From: Pristiophorus japonicus
Lineage: Eukaryota
Direction: 5' to 3'
Assembly: GCF_044704955.1 (NCBI RefSeq)
Contig: NC_091982.1
Span: 35,340,001 to 35,404,000 of the forward strand
Length of the DNA: 64,000 bases
Under the pieces are notes generated by a model, which was not told the origin of the DNA, did no database searches, and worked only from the letters and a program-made list of their open reading frames with translations. Both the position numbers and the translations under genes were made by a program. Below are positions 22,969 to 35,196 of this stretch, piece by piece. Position 1 is the first letter of the stretch. Every line of letters starts with the position of its first letter.

Positions 22969-24540
22969 ATGATGGATACACAGGCTGCACCCAGATTTAG
23001 TGATGCATCCCTGCATATTCTGGTGAAGGCAGTGAGAGCACGCATGGAGGTCCCGTTCCCTGCTGATAAGCACAGGAGACCTCCCAAAGATACCAAAAGG
23101 GCCTGGCTGGAGATAGCAGAGGAGGTCAGCAGCAGGGATGTTGTCAGGAGGACCTGGATCCAATGCAGGAAACAATTCAATGATCTCATGAGATCAAGAA
23201 GGGTGAGTGCAATGCCACATTCACCTTCATCCTGATGTGTCTGTCACCACATCCCCATCACTCTGCCTTCCCAAGCCTACTCCTACACATCATTCTCACA
23301 CCAATATAGCTTCCAGCTCCACACATCCCTTTCTCTCTATGTACATACATACATCACCGTCTGACTAACCACCCAACACTCGCCTTCATCCGAATACAAT
23401 CATAGCAAGTAACACAACAGAAGGAGGCCGTTTGACAATAGTACGCCTCTCCCTCAGTTACCCGCTACAGATGTAACCTATCCATTCCTTACACTCATTC
23501 CATCACTCTTACTCACCCTTCTCTTTTTTCCCTCCCTGCAGGAGAAAAGAGCCCAGAACATGCGGGAGAGGCAGAGAACCAGAGGTGACCCTCCAGTATT
23601 TACGCAACTGACTCTAGCAGAGGAAGGGGTCCTGGAGATATCGCAAGTTGCAGAACTGGTGGTGGCGGGAGACAGAGCGAGGGAGACATCCCAGCAGCCT
23701 GGTGACAGAATCACACCTCATACAGCAACATAGCATACAGCAGTCATTCATATGGTGACTGATGTCAGCAGCCAGTGAATTTTCATCATGTGCGTAATAG
23801 TAATATTACCCATTTTTAATATAACACTTCTAAATCATCTCTTTAAACAAGTAAACAAGAACAGGTGGTGTTGACAGGGACAGCAGTGGAGACTCCTTGC
23901 CGGAGGGTGCAGGATGCTCCCAGCTTTGCTGAGCTGCATGGAGATGCTGAGCCTCGGGGGCCATCGAGAAAGAGGGTGATCTTGGAGAGGCAGCAACAAT
24001 TGCAGGAGGCTCTGGCATCTTTTGCAGCTGCGATGTCTGCAATGTGCAGAGAATGGAGGAGTCCATCTCCAACATGAGCAGCACCATGTCGCAGGTAATG
24101 GCGACGATGTGCTGTTCTATGGAAAGAATAGACACCTGCACGGAACAGTAAATGTGCCACTCAACATGAGCACATGCTAGCTGTAGACAACAGATGGCAG
24201 ATGCTCATAGATCTCATCTCTAAGAGGGATTTAAATGTTGACTTGGGTCCTTATCACCCCACTGCTGTGCAGCAAGGTGCTCTCCAGCTTCTTGCAAGCA
24301 TGGAGGTGCGGGTGGCCCATGAGAGGGATGATGCTGAGAGGGGATATGGAAGTGGGCCTCCTCTCAAAGTGTCCCACTTCTCCCTCCGTTGCCTCCCCCT
24401 CAGTCAGAGCTCCACATGCTTCCTCGGATCCCGATGCCCCTGCATAGTTGCAGGAGGAGCAGACTTTGGCGGATACATCACAGGCTCCAAAACCCAGAGG
24501 AGGGCCGCCAAAAGTGTCTATACAATCGCAGCAGGGAAGT
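22969..24540 (+). pseudogene. Harbinger Myb/SANT-like DNA-binding protein (spliced: exon 1 22969-23202, exon 2 23542-23701, decayed exon 3 from about 23850)
   Basis: APRFSDASLHILVKAV…AWLEIAEEVSS…RTWIQCRKQFNDL; donor GTGAGT at 23203; polypyrimidine-CAG acceptor at 23541; exon 2 stays in frame as EKRAQNMRERQRTRG…LTLAEE. Confidence 0.85.
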
Positions 24541-24551
24541 GAGCATCCTTC

Positions 24552-25027
24552 CAGACTGATTCCAGGGATGGCTGGACTGACATACGAGGAGAGACTGGAT
24601 CAACTGGGACTTTAAACACTAGAGTTTAGAGGATGAGAGGGGATCTCATAGAAACGTATAAGATTCTGACGGGACGGGACAGGTTAGATGCGGGAAGAAT
24701 GTTCCCGATGTTGGGGAAGTCCAGAACCAGGGGACATAGTCTTAGGATACGGGGTAGGCCATTTAGGACTGAGATGAGAAGAAACTTCTTCACTCAGAGA
24801 GTTGTTAACCTGTGGAATTCCCTGCCGCAGAGAGTTGTTGATGCCAGTTCACTGGATATATTCAAGAGGGAGTTAGATATGGCCCTTATGGCTAAAGGGA
24901 TCAAGGGGTAGGGTGAGAAAGCAGGAAAGGGGTACTGTGGTGAGTGATCAGCCATGATCTTATTGAATGGTGGTGCAGACTCGAAGGGCCGAATGGCCTA
25001 CTCCTGCACCTATTTTCTATGTTTCTA
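24552..25027 (+). mobile_element. Young CR1/HER1 3' end nested in the Harbinger element
   Basis: MRGDLIETYKIL…RRNFFTQRVVNLWNSLP; TTTCTATGTTTCTA tail. Confidence 0.92.
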
Positions 25028-25369
25028 CATCTGGTGAAGCCACAGTGGTTGCACATTGTAGAAGCACATGGAAAAGAAAAAAGACACAAAAGTAGATGCA
25101 TACGGGTATGCATTTGGATGTATGAAAAAATTTTAAGTTTCAGTTATTTTGATGACACAGATAAATGTATTTCTTTGCACCACTTTTCGATCTTGTTCAT
25201 TTTTGCTTGCTACCTTGGAAGTGGCTTCGTCACTTGGAGCGAATGGTGAGATATTACTTAACCTCGAGCATTGAGTGTTTGGGTGAGGGGAATGGCTTGA
25301 TGATTGTTGGGATGCTTTATGGTGTTGTTGCTGGGGGGAACTTAGTACAGCATGTGACAGTCATATGGG

Positions 25370-26786
25370 TGCATTGGAGCAAGTTAAGTAAATCCGGCCA
25401 TGATGCCAGGCAGCAATGTGCACCGCTGCTGGTGCCATCTTCACCTCAGGTTCCTCCTCCTCCTCGTCTTTCACCTGTTCCTCCTCCTCTGTGCTCTGCG
25501 TCTTGCTCCTCCTGCAGCTCCAATCCTCACTGCTGTGCTATTTTGTGCAGTGTGCAAACAACAATGATTCTGGAGACCCTGGCTGGTGCGTACTGAAGAG
25601 CTCCTCCAGATCTGTCAAGGCATCTGAAGCGCATCTTCAGCATGCCTATTGCTTGTTCTATGGCACATCTGGATGGAAATGTGGCTCTCATTATAACAGT
25701 CCTCGGCTTCATTACTTGGCCTCCTCAAGGGTGTCATAAGCCACGTGTTCAGTGGATAACCCTTGTCTCCAAGCAGCCAGCTGGTAAATGTGTTTTTGCG
25801 AAGAGCTTTGGAGGAGGAACTGGCGCATGCAGCACGAAAGAGACATGACAGCTGCCAGGAAATCTGGCGCACACATGCATGATGATCTTTTTATGTTTGC
25901 CGATGAGCTGCACATTGAGGGTATGGAAGTCCTTGAGGTTGACAAACACTCCTGGGTGATGATTGGGTGCCCTGATGGCCACATGTGTGCAGTCGATTAC
26001 GCCCTTCACCCGTGGGAAGTCAGCCAGAGCGGCAAAGCCGAGCATCTGCTCAGTAACACTGGCCTCATCAGTGGCAAGGCTGTCATAATTGGCTGACTTG
26101 TGAAACTTGGCATTGGTCACCTGGGTGATGCATCTATGTGCGGCCGACTGCGAGATCCCGCAAGCGTCTGCTACAGATCCCTGGAAGGAGCCTGAGGCAA
26201 AGAAGTTGAGGGCGGCGGTGACTTTGACAGCCATTGGTAAGGCATGTCCACCAGCTCCTAGTAAAGGATCCTCTAAGAAAGAGTGATCATAGCATGGTGG
26301 AATTTCAGTTGGTGGGTGAGAAAGTTGGATCTCAAACCAGTGTCCTAAGCTTAAATAAAGGAGACTACAAAGGTATGAAGGCAGAGTTGGCTAAAGTGGA
26401 TTTGGAAAATAGATTAAAGTGTAAGACGGTTGATGAGTAGTGGCAGACATTTAAGGAGATATTTCACAACTCTCAACAAAAATATATTCCAATGAGAAGG
26501 AAAGACTGTAAGAGAAGGGATAATCATCTGTGGCTAATTAAAGAAATAAAGGATGGTATCAAGTTGAAAATAATGGCATGTCCAGGAAGCTCATCCTCTG
26601 CCTGTATACCCTGTGTTGGGGGGGGGGTATCGCCTCCGGGGCACTGCAGCCCTGTGATGCCCCCCTCCTATGGAGCATCAGATCATCGAGGGGAAGGCTG
26701 CTGTTGTGGTTGCTGCTGCTGCTGGTGAGGCTCATCTTGATCTGATTCTGAGGACCAAGGTGAGATAGTATAAGTGGCACCCATTT
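25370..26786 (-). pseudogene. HARBI1-like DDE transposase of the Harbinger element, disrupted
   Basis: [59 protein letters not shown] and [16 protein letters not shown], spread over several frames. Confidence 0.9.
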
Positions 26787-27845
26787 TGATGTAATAGATG
26801 GCAGATAAAGTGGAGATTAGAAGGCCAATCCCTTAATGTTCTGGTAATGAGCAACAATGTGGCGAGAGTGGCTTCCGAGGACACAGAAATGACCTGCAAA
26901 CTGCTGACGCCTAAATCTGTGGACAAAATGATGTCAGCAAGAACCTTTACATGAGGCAAGTAATGAGGTGTAATGTGGGAGTATTTATGTGCTTTTCCCA
27001 GCTCTCAATGAATTGAGTCGCCAATGGACAGTGAGCTCCCGCCTCCCAGGCGAGGTTCCCGAGCTACGTGAAACCCGTGCTCCTGCAGTTAAAGTCAAAA
27101 GCTGGTGTTACAAACCCTCTTAAGGCTCTCTCAACAAGCAGTTAATTTTTTGAAGAGGTCGCCCACCTCTGCCGATCGGGTCCATGTCGCGCCTTCAAAG
27201 CCAACCGAGTTCAATGCGCGAGGGGGCACGGGATGATGGCGAGTTCCCGACACACTGGCAATTTGGGGGATTTTTCCTGCCGGCCCGCCCCCAAAACTGC
27301 ACGCTCGCAACGGGAACATTCCGGCCTATGCTTCAGTTTTCACTGAAGAAGCTAACAACAGTAGAAGAGGTCTGGAATGCACTGCCTGAAAGGTTGGTGG
27401 AAGCAGATTCAATAGTAACTTTCAAAAGAGAATTAGATATATACTTGAAAAGAAGAAAAAAAATGCAGGGCTGTGAGGATAGAGCTGGGGGAGTGGAACT
27501 AATTGCAAATACTGTTTTACATGAAGATAATCTCCATTTTACAAAATTGTAAAAAAAAATGTATAACCAGACAGAATGGGAAAGCATCTATTCTCAAAAC
27601 AAAATTGTGGCAGAAATTTCTCTCTCTTAAATATTCGCCCAAAGCTGTGCTTTGCCTTTGCCTTTCCCAAATATTGACATTTGTAGAGGTATGTTGTGGC
27701 TATCTAATCGCAACAACCAGCAGTCTGATCTCATTGTTCAGACTGTGTGTGGCATGATATTGGCAATAGAAACTTGCCATTACATTTAATCACTGACATC
27801 TGACTCCAGGAGACAACACTGGAATACTAAACAGAAAATGAATTA

Positions 27846-28566
27846 TAGGTTGTGTCATGTGTTCAACTATCATTGTAACCCATGTATAAGCTGACCTAAG
27901 TTGTACACCTTGAGAACATTGACCACAAGGGGGTGAACTTGTGGGAGGCACTCCTAACCTGGACTTTCAGGTATAAAAGGGGAAGCTCCACCCACCTTCA
28001 TCACTTGAGGTCTTGGTAATAAAGGTAACTGGTCACAGAGTGACCTTCTCTCAAGTATGGGTCCCGTGTGCATTTATACTGCATAGTAAGGATATATCAG
28101 GTTGGACCTCTCTGGTCTGGCACCCTCAGGACCTGACCGATGCCAGAACAGAGAATTTTCCGAACCACGGGAGGTCATGCCGAGCCTAGGCTTCCCGATA
28201 CCTGTAGACAGCGCCTGGGCTCCTGAATGCCTCTGCCCCGCTTCGACTCAAGCTGCGAAACCCGGGCTCTCTCTCTCCATGTAAAAATCTCCCAGCCACA
28301 TTTGTTAATTAAAGCGCTGGTTTGGTGCTTTTTTTAAAAAAAACCCTCCTCTCCCTCAGGCCCAGCTTGGGCGCCTCAGTCAGCCGCCTACCCTTCCCTT
28401 TCCTTGCCCAGTCACCTCACTGAAGCGCGGAAACCAAGACACCACGCATGCAAAGCGGCAGTTGCGCACTGATCAATGAGAGCCAGCAAGTGCGGGAAAC
28501 CAATGCCGAAGCCAAACCACGGATGTTTCCGGACCAGAGAATACCGCACCAGAGAGGTCCAACCTG
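27846..28566. mobile_element. Tc1/mariner (pogo/Tigger-like) MITE, left TIR split by a solo LTR
   Basis: TA flanks at 27844-27845 and 28567-28568; TIR (T/C)AGGTTGGACCTCTCTGGT versus ACCAGAGAGGTCCAACCTG. Confidence 0.8.
27853..28099 (+). mobile_element. Solo Gypsy LTR
   Basis: TG…CA ends; TATAAAA and AATAAA; perfect TSD GGTTG at 27848-27852 and 28100-28104; shares GGGGTGAACTTGTGGGAG and GGTCACAGAGTGACCTT with the LTRs of 17033-21764. Confidence 0.9.
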
Positions 28567-28633
28567 TACTCTTAAATAAATTTATAATTTGAAGTCTTAT
28601 TAATAAATACAAGTCACCCTTAAGCTTAACCAA

Positions 28634-28738
28634 AAGCAAAATACTGCGGATGCTGAAAATCTGAACTAAAACCAGAAAATGCTGGAAATACTCAGCAGGT
28701 CAGGCAACATCTGTGGAGAGAGAAACAGAGTTAACTTT
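28634..28738 (-). mobile_element. Penelope-like element terminal (pLTR) remnant
   Basis: Reverse complement reads GTTAACTCTGTTTCTCTCTCCACAGATGTTGCCTGACCTGCTGAGTATTTCCAGCA…; related copies at 38204-38325 (+) and about 3356-3460 (+). Family assignment is from recall. Confidence 0.55.
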
Positions 28739-29197
28739 TCTCACAGGATTCAACTATTTATTTTCGATACATGGTTAATATGTGTTAAAATCTAATCATA
28801 CTTGTTCAGCAAGCATCACAGGGTGGGTATCCCTCAAATATGTCCTTTACTACAGAGTTGCGATCAGCGTATTTAAGTAAATACCGCTGGATCTGTTAGC
28901 TTAGAAATATTCAGGATATTCTGCTGTTGTGTCAGTCCAAATGGGTCACCTAATTTACACTGAATTTATGGTGACAACACCAGACAGTGCAGTAAGTACA
29001 AATTTAAAATGGCTAAATAAACAATAGCACACGCAGCCCAATGAATGTTGGTGTACAGTCTGTCTGGACCAAAGACATCAACATTCAAACAGCTGTAATA
29101 GCTCAAGAGAGCCGACGTATAGTCATTCTGATTTCTAGTGTAAGCTATGCCATGCTGTAAACCCCCACTGACATTCCCGGAGTGCGTGTTCTTTTGT

Positions 29198-29660
29198 AGA
29201 ACATAAGAATTAGGAGCAGGAGTAGACCATACGGCCCCTCTAGCCTGCTCCGCCATTCAATAAGATCGTGGCTGATCTTCGACCTCAACTCCACTTTCCT
29301 GCCCGATCCCCATATCCCTCGATTTCTCTGGAGTCCAAAAGTCTATCTCTCTCAGCCCTGAATATTCTCAACAACAGCATCCACAGAACTTTGGGGCAGA
29401 AAATTTCAAAGATTCACAACCTTCTGAGTGAAGAAATTCCTCCTCATCTCAGTCTTAAAAGGCCAGACTTTTATCTTCAGACTATGCCCCCTAGTGCTAG
29501 ACTCTCCAGCCAGGGGAAACAACCTCCCTGACAATTCCCCTCAGAATCTTGTATGTTTCAATCAGATCACCTCTCATTCTTCCAAACTCCAGAAAGTATA
29601 GGCCCAATCTACTCAATCTCTCCTCCTATGACTACCCTCTCATTCCCGCCTTAATCTAGT
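29198..29660 (-). mobile_element. CR1 LINE 3' fragment
   Basis: Tail AGAACATAAGAATTAGGAGCAGGAGTAG… and RT C-terminal remnants. Confidence 0.85.
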
Positions 29661-30249
29661 GACCCAAGTTTTGCTTGGTTTAGACATGTATTTACTGTCC
29701 TGTTTGGCAATACCTTTTCCATTTGCAAGCAAATTATACATTTTCATTGCACAGCTAAGACTAGAACTATATAAAAAGAATCTTATTAAAACTATATAAA
29801 AGACAATCTTACTGGAACTGTATAAAGACAATCTTCCCCTTTAGTTTTCATGACAGTGAATTGTTTGGAATCCTTCTTGCTCGTCCATTTACTATTGAAA
29901 GGAAGACATTTATTTTCATAATCAAGCCCGATATAAATGATTTATTTCACTCTGTAATAAAAACAAATTTAATGGGAAACAGCACTACTAATATGCTCAT
30001 AAAAAATCCTCTACTTTACAGAAAAATAAAAAGCTGCTATTCAACAGCACAAAAAAAGAGAAAACATTTTCTCCAACAACTTGCATTTATATAGTGCTTT
30101 TAATGTAGAAAAACAAAGTGCTTCACAGAAGTGTAATCAAAAATGGATGACTCTTTCAAAGAGCCAGAACAGGCACAATGGGCCGAATGGCCTCCTTCTG
30201 TGCTGTATCATTCTATGATTCTACATTGATAAACTATCTAGTCAGGTGA

Positions 30250-33200
30250 CTAAATATGGCAGGGGGGTGGGAATCTATGCAGGGAGAGAGAAGGAAGTAA
30301 AATGGGGGAAAAAGCGAAAGGTAGAAAGGAGATAAGGAAAAGTGGAGGGCAAAGAAATCAAAGGCAAAAATCAAAAAGGGCCACATTACAACATAATTCT
30401 AAAAGGACAAAGAGTGTTAAAAAAACAAGCCTGAAGGCTCGGTGTCTCAATGCGAGGAGCATTCTTAATAAGGTGGATGAATTAACTGAACAGATAGCTG
30501 TTAACGGATATCATGTAATTGGGATTACGGAGACATGGCTCCAGGGTGACCAAGGCTGGGAACGCAACATCCAGGGGTATTCAATATTCAGAAAGGATAG
30601 ACAGAAAGGAAAAGGAGGTGGGATAGCGTTGTTGCTTAAAGAGATTAACGCAATAGTAAGGAAGGACATTAGCTTGGATGATGTGGAATCTGTATGGGTA
30701 GAACTGCGGGACACCAAAGGGCAGAAAATACTAGTGCGAGTTGTGTACAGACCACCAAACAGTAGTAGTGAGGTTGGAGATGGCATCAAACAGGAAATTA
30801 GGGATGCATGCAATAAAAGGTACAGCAGTTATTATGGGTGACTTTAATCTACATATAAATTCGGCTAACCAAACTGGTAGCAATACAGTGGAGGAGGATT
30901 TCCTGGAGTGGATAAGGGATAGTTTTCTAGACCAATACGTCGACGAACCAACTAGAGAGCTGGCCATCCTAGACTGGGTGTTGTGTAATGGGAGAGGATT
31001 GTTGTGCGAGACCCCTTGGGGAAGAGTGACCATAATATGGTTGAATTTTTCATTATGGAGAGTGACAAAGTTAATTCAGAGACTAGGGTCCTGAACTTAA
31101 GGAAAGGTAACTTCGATGGTATGAGACGTGAATTGGCTAGGGTAGATTGGCGAATGATCCTTAAAAGGTTGATGGTGGATAGGCAATGGCAGACATTTAA
31201 AGATCACATGGATGAACTTCAACAATTGTACATCCCTGTCTGCTGTAAAATTAAAACGGGGAAGGTGGCTCAACCGTGGCTAACAAGGGAAATTAGGGAT
31301 AGTGTTAAATCCAAGGAAGAGGCATATAAAATGGCCAGAAAAAACAGCAAACCTGAGGACTGGGAGAAATTTAGAATTCAGCAGAGGAGGACAAAAGGTT
31401 TAATCAGGAGGGGGAAAATAGAGTATGAGAGTAAGCTTGCAGGGAACATATAAACTGACTGCAAAAGCTTCTATAGATATGTAAAAAGTAAAAGATTAGT
31501 GAAGACAAATGTAGGTCCCTTGCAGTCAGAATCAGGTGAATTTATAATGGGGAACAAAGAAATGGGAGACCAATTGAATAAATACTTTGGTTCTGTCTTC
31601 ACTAAGGAAGACACAAATAACCTTCCGGAAATACTAGGGGACCGAGGGTCTATCGAGAAGGAGGAACTGAAGGAAATCCTTTTTAGTCAGGAAATTGTGT
31701 TAGGGAAATTGATGGGATTAAAGGCTGATAAATCCCCAGGGCCTGATAGTCTGCATCCCAGAGTACTTAAGGAAGTGGCCCTAGAAATAGTGGATGCATT
31801 GGTGGTCATTTTCAAACATTCTATAGATTCTGGATCAGTTTCTATGGACTGGAGGGTAGCTAATGTAACCCCACTTTTTAAAAAAGGAGGGAGAGAGAAA
31901 ACAGGGAATTATAGACCGGTTAGCCTGACATCGGTAGTGGAAAAATGTCGGAATCAATTATTAAAGATGTAATAGCAGTGCATTTGGAAAGCAGTGACAG
32001 GATCAGTCCAACTCAGCATGGATTTATGAAAGGGAAATCATGCTTGACAAGTCTTCTATAATTTTTTGAGGATGTAACTAGTAGAGTGGACAAGGGAGAA
32101 CCAGTGGATGTGGTGTATTTGAACTTTCAAAATGCTTTGACAAAGTCCCACACAAGAGATTAGTGTGCAAAATTAAAGCACATGGTATTGGGGGTAATGT
32201 ATTGACGTGGACAGAGAACTGGTTGGCAGACAGGAAGCAAAGAGTAGGAATAAACAGGTCCTTTTCAGAATGGCAGGCAGTGACTAGTGGGGTACCGCAA
32301 GGTTCAGTGCTGGGACCCCAGCTATTTACAATATACATTAATGATTTCGACGGAAGGAATTAAATGTAATATCTCCAAGTTTGCAGATGACACTAAGCTG
32401 GGTGGCAGTGAGAGCTGTGAGGAGGATGCTAAGAGGCTGCAGGGTGACTTGGACAGGTTAGATGAGTTGGCAAATGCAGTATAATGTAGATAAATGTGAG
32501 ATCATCCACTTCGGTGGCAAAAACACGAAGGCAGAATATTGACAGATTCAGGAAAAGGGGAGGTGCAACTAGATCTGGGTTTCATGGTACACCTGTCATT
32601 GAAAGTTGGCATGCAGGTACAGCAGGCAGTGAAGAAGGCAAATGGCATGTTGGCCTTCATAGCGAGAGGATTTGAGTATAGGAGCAGGGAGGTCTTACTG
32701 CAGTTGTACAGGGCCTTGGTGAGGCCACACCTTGAATATTGTGCACAGTTTTGTTCTCCTAATCTGAGGAAGGACATTCTTGCTATTGAGGGAGTGCAGC
32801 GAAGGTTCACCAGACTGATTCCCGGATTGGCAAGACTGACATAGGAAGAAAGACTGGATCGACTAGGCTTATATTCACTGGAATTTAGAAGAATGAGAGG
32901 GGATCTCATTGAAAGATATAAAATTCTGACTAGATTGGACAGGTTAGATGCAGGAAAAATGTTCGCGATGTTGGGGAAGTCCAGAACCAGGGATCACAGT
33001 TTAAGAAAAAGGGGTAAGCCATTTAGGACCAAGATGAGGAGAAACTTCTTCACTCAGAGAATTGTGAACCTGTAGAATTCTCTACCACAGAAAGTTGTTG
33101 AGGCCAGTTCATTAGATAGATTCAAAAGGGAGTTAGATGTGACCCTTACGGCTAAAGGGATCAAAGGGTATGGAGAGAAAGCAGGAATGGGGTACTAAAG

Positions 33201-33300
33201 TTGCATGATCAGCCATGATCATATTGAATGGTGGTGCAGGCTCGAAGGGCCGAATGGCCTACTCCTGCACCTATTTTCATATGTTTCTATATTTCTATGT
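30250..33300 (+). mobile_element. CR1 LINE with near-complete but frameshifted ORF2 (APE endonuclease + RT)
   Basis: [77 protein letters not shown]; tail TTTCTATGT. Confidence 0.95.
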
Positions 33301-34674
33301 AAATTTTCACTGCTTCAATGCTAGGTTACCATGAAGCAGAGTGTGACCTTAACACTGACCTGAAGAAAGTGCAATTCAGCAAGCATGAGGCATCCTCTTT
33401 GGAGAGGAGGTTGATAAAAATGTGGAAGGTGCCTGAAAGTTGTGTGAGCTTTGGGTTTGGGACTCCTGATGCACTGCAAATGGACATTGATGAGACTGAC
33501 TGGAAGAACATTCTTATCTGTGTTGGAAAAAGCAGCAATACTGCACCACCATCACCACCAGCCAACCTGAGGCCTGAGCGGAGGAGCAGTGGTGGTTTCC
33601 TCCACCAGGCCAAAGTTGTCCTGAACGGGAGGAGGGGCCAAAGGAGACCCAAAAAGATGATGTATTTTTACATATTTTCAAGTTTCCTTGTGGGCCAGAA
33701 GGAGTAAGAGTGCTCCTCTTGGCCCGGGAATGAATTCTTGGGTCTCACTTGCCCCCAAGCTTCCAACACCCTTCCCTGAATAAGATTTCTGTCAGATTCC
33801 CCCTCCGTAAGACTTACCTAGTACCGTGGACCATTCCCTTTGGTCCCCAGCTGAAGCTTCCTTCCATCTGATTTTGATGGCTGGTTAGTCGCTTTCTGCC
33901 GACATCGAGGCCATTTTGGTCGGGAAGTCAGCCAGCGGCATGCTAATTAAATGCCATTTAAATCATCTGAGCCTCCATGCCAGTCGGTCGCTCACCCACA
34001 TTCCTGCCCGGGACTTAAAACTGACCACTTGGTGTTATATTGAAATTCACATGTATTTCTCATGAGTTGTAAACTAAAGTGTTGTCATCGCATATTCTAG
34101 TATATATTTAGGCATGCCAGTTGTACTAATTAAGTTAACCAAATATATTAGTTTGGGTTTTGCTCGGAGTAAATAATGCTGCTATGCTATTACCTGTATT
34201 GCAATATGCCATAATAATTATTACAGTATATGTGGCTTAATCATAGGATTAATCTAATGCTACAAGACCCAATCTCAGTATATAACATGATTCAATCTCT
34301 TTGCCATTCATTCATTCTGCAATTATGTATCTTGGTTCTTTCAGAGGTCAAGAACGTTATTGTTGTTCTGCATATTGGGTCATTATAGTTAACTTAACAT
34401 AACACACTTTAACAGGAGAGTGTCTTACAAACAAACTTGAATGGTTTATTGATCTTGTTGCACAAAAAAATATTATAAATAAATTAATCTGGAGGTTTTT
34501 CCTGATGCAAAAGGGAATGCAAGTTTCTGTGCCCCACAATTGATAACTTGACACGGCACTTATCAGCATTGGAACAGATGGGAGAGCACCCTATAACGCA
34601 CAGTTCTCCATGGCAGTTACAAATTCCGCTCTATTACCACCTGGAAGAAGTTAGATTTGTAGCTGAGTTAGGGA

Positions 34675-35190
34675 AGCACTGCACTTTTGGAAGGATGTGA
34701 AGGCCTTACAGAGGGTGCAGAAAAGATTTATGAGAATTATTCCTGGGATGAGAGACTTCAGCTACGTGCAGACACTGGAGAAGCTGGGGTTGTTCTCCTT
34801 AGATTCGAGAAGGTTGAGAGGAGATTTGATAGAGGTGTTCAAAATCATGGGGGAGTCTAGACAGAGTAGATAGAAACTGTTCCCATTGGCAGAAGTGCCA
34901 AAAAGCAGAGGACACAGATTTACGGTGATTGGCAGAAGAACCAAAGGAAATATACGAAAAACCTTTTTACGCAGCGAGTGCTTAGGATCTAGAATGCACT
35001 GCCTGAAAGGGTGGTGGAGGCAGACTCAATCACGGCTTTCAAAAGGGAGTTGGATAAGTACCTGAAAGAAAAACATTTGCGTTTAAAGGGCGAGGGAGTG
35101 GAACTAGCTGAGGTGCTCTTGTGGAGAGCCGGCACAGGCTCGACGGGCCAAATGGCCTTCTTCCATGCTGTAACCATTCTATGATTCCTA
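34675..35190 (+). mobile_element. CR1 LINE 3' fragment
   Basis: RLRGDLIEVFKIM remnant; GGGCCAAATGGCC…TTCTATGATTCCTAT tail. Confidence 0.85.
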
Positions 35191-35196
35191 TAACAT

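Larger units (their letters stand above)
22704..27326. mobile_element. Formerly autonomous PIF/Harbinger DNA transposon (convergent Myb/SANT and HARBI1 genes), decayed
   Basis: TIRs GGCTGGAATCTT and AACATTCCGGCC; 3-bp flanks TTT/TAT; removal rejoins a CR1 remnant (…GATAC-TTT-GCTTCAGTTTTCACTGAAGAAG). Confidence 0.85.

Noticed and set aside
26241-26584. GGCATGTCCA direct repeat as the TSD of the CR1 fragment
   Set aside because: The two copies encode different HARBI1 motifs (GHA and LDM), and HARBI-like sequence continues past the first copy, so it is more likely coincidence or microhomology
25370-26786. Domesticated host HARBI1 gene
   Set aside because: Multiple frameshifts, flanked by TIRs and paired with the transposon Myb gene
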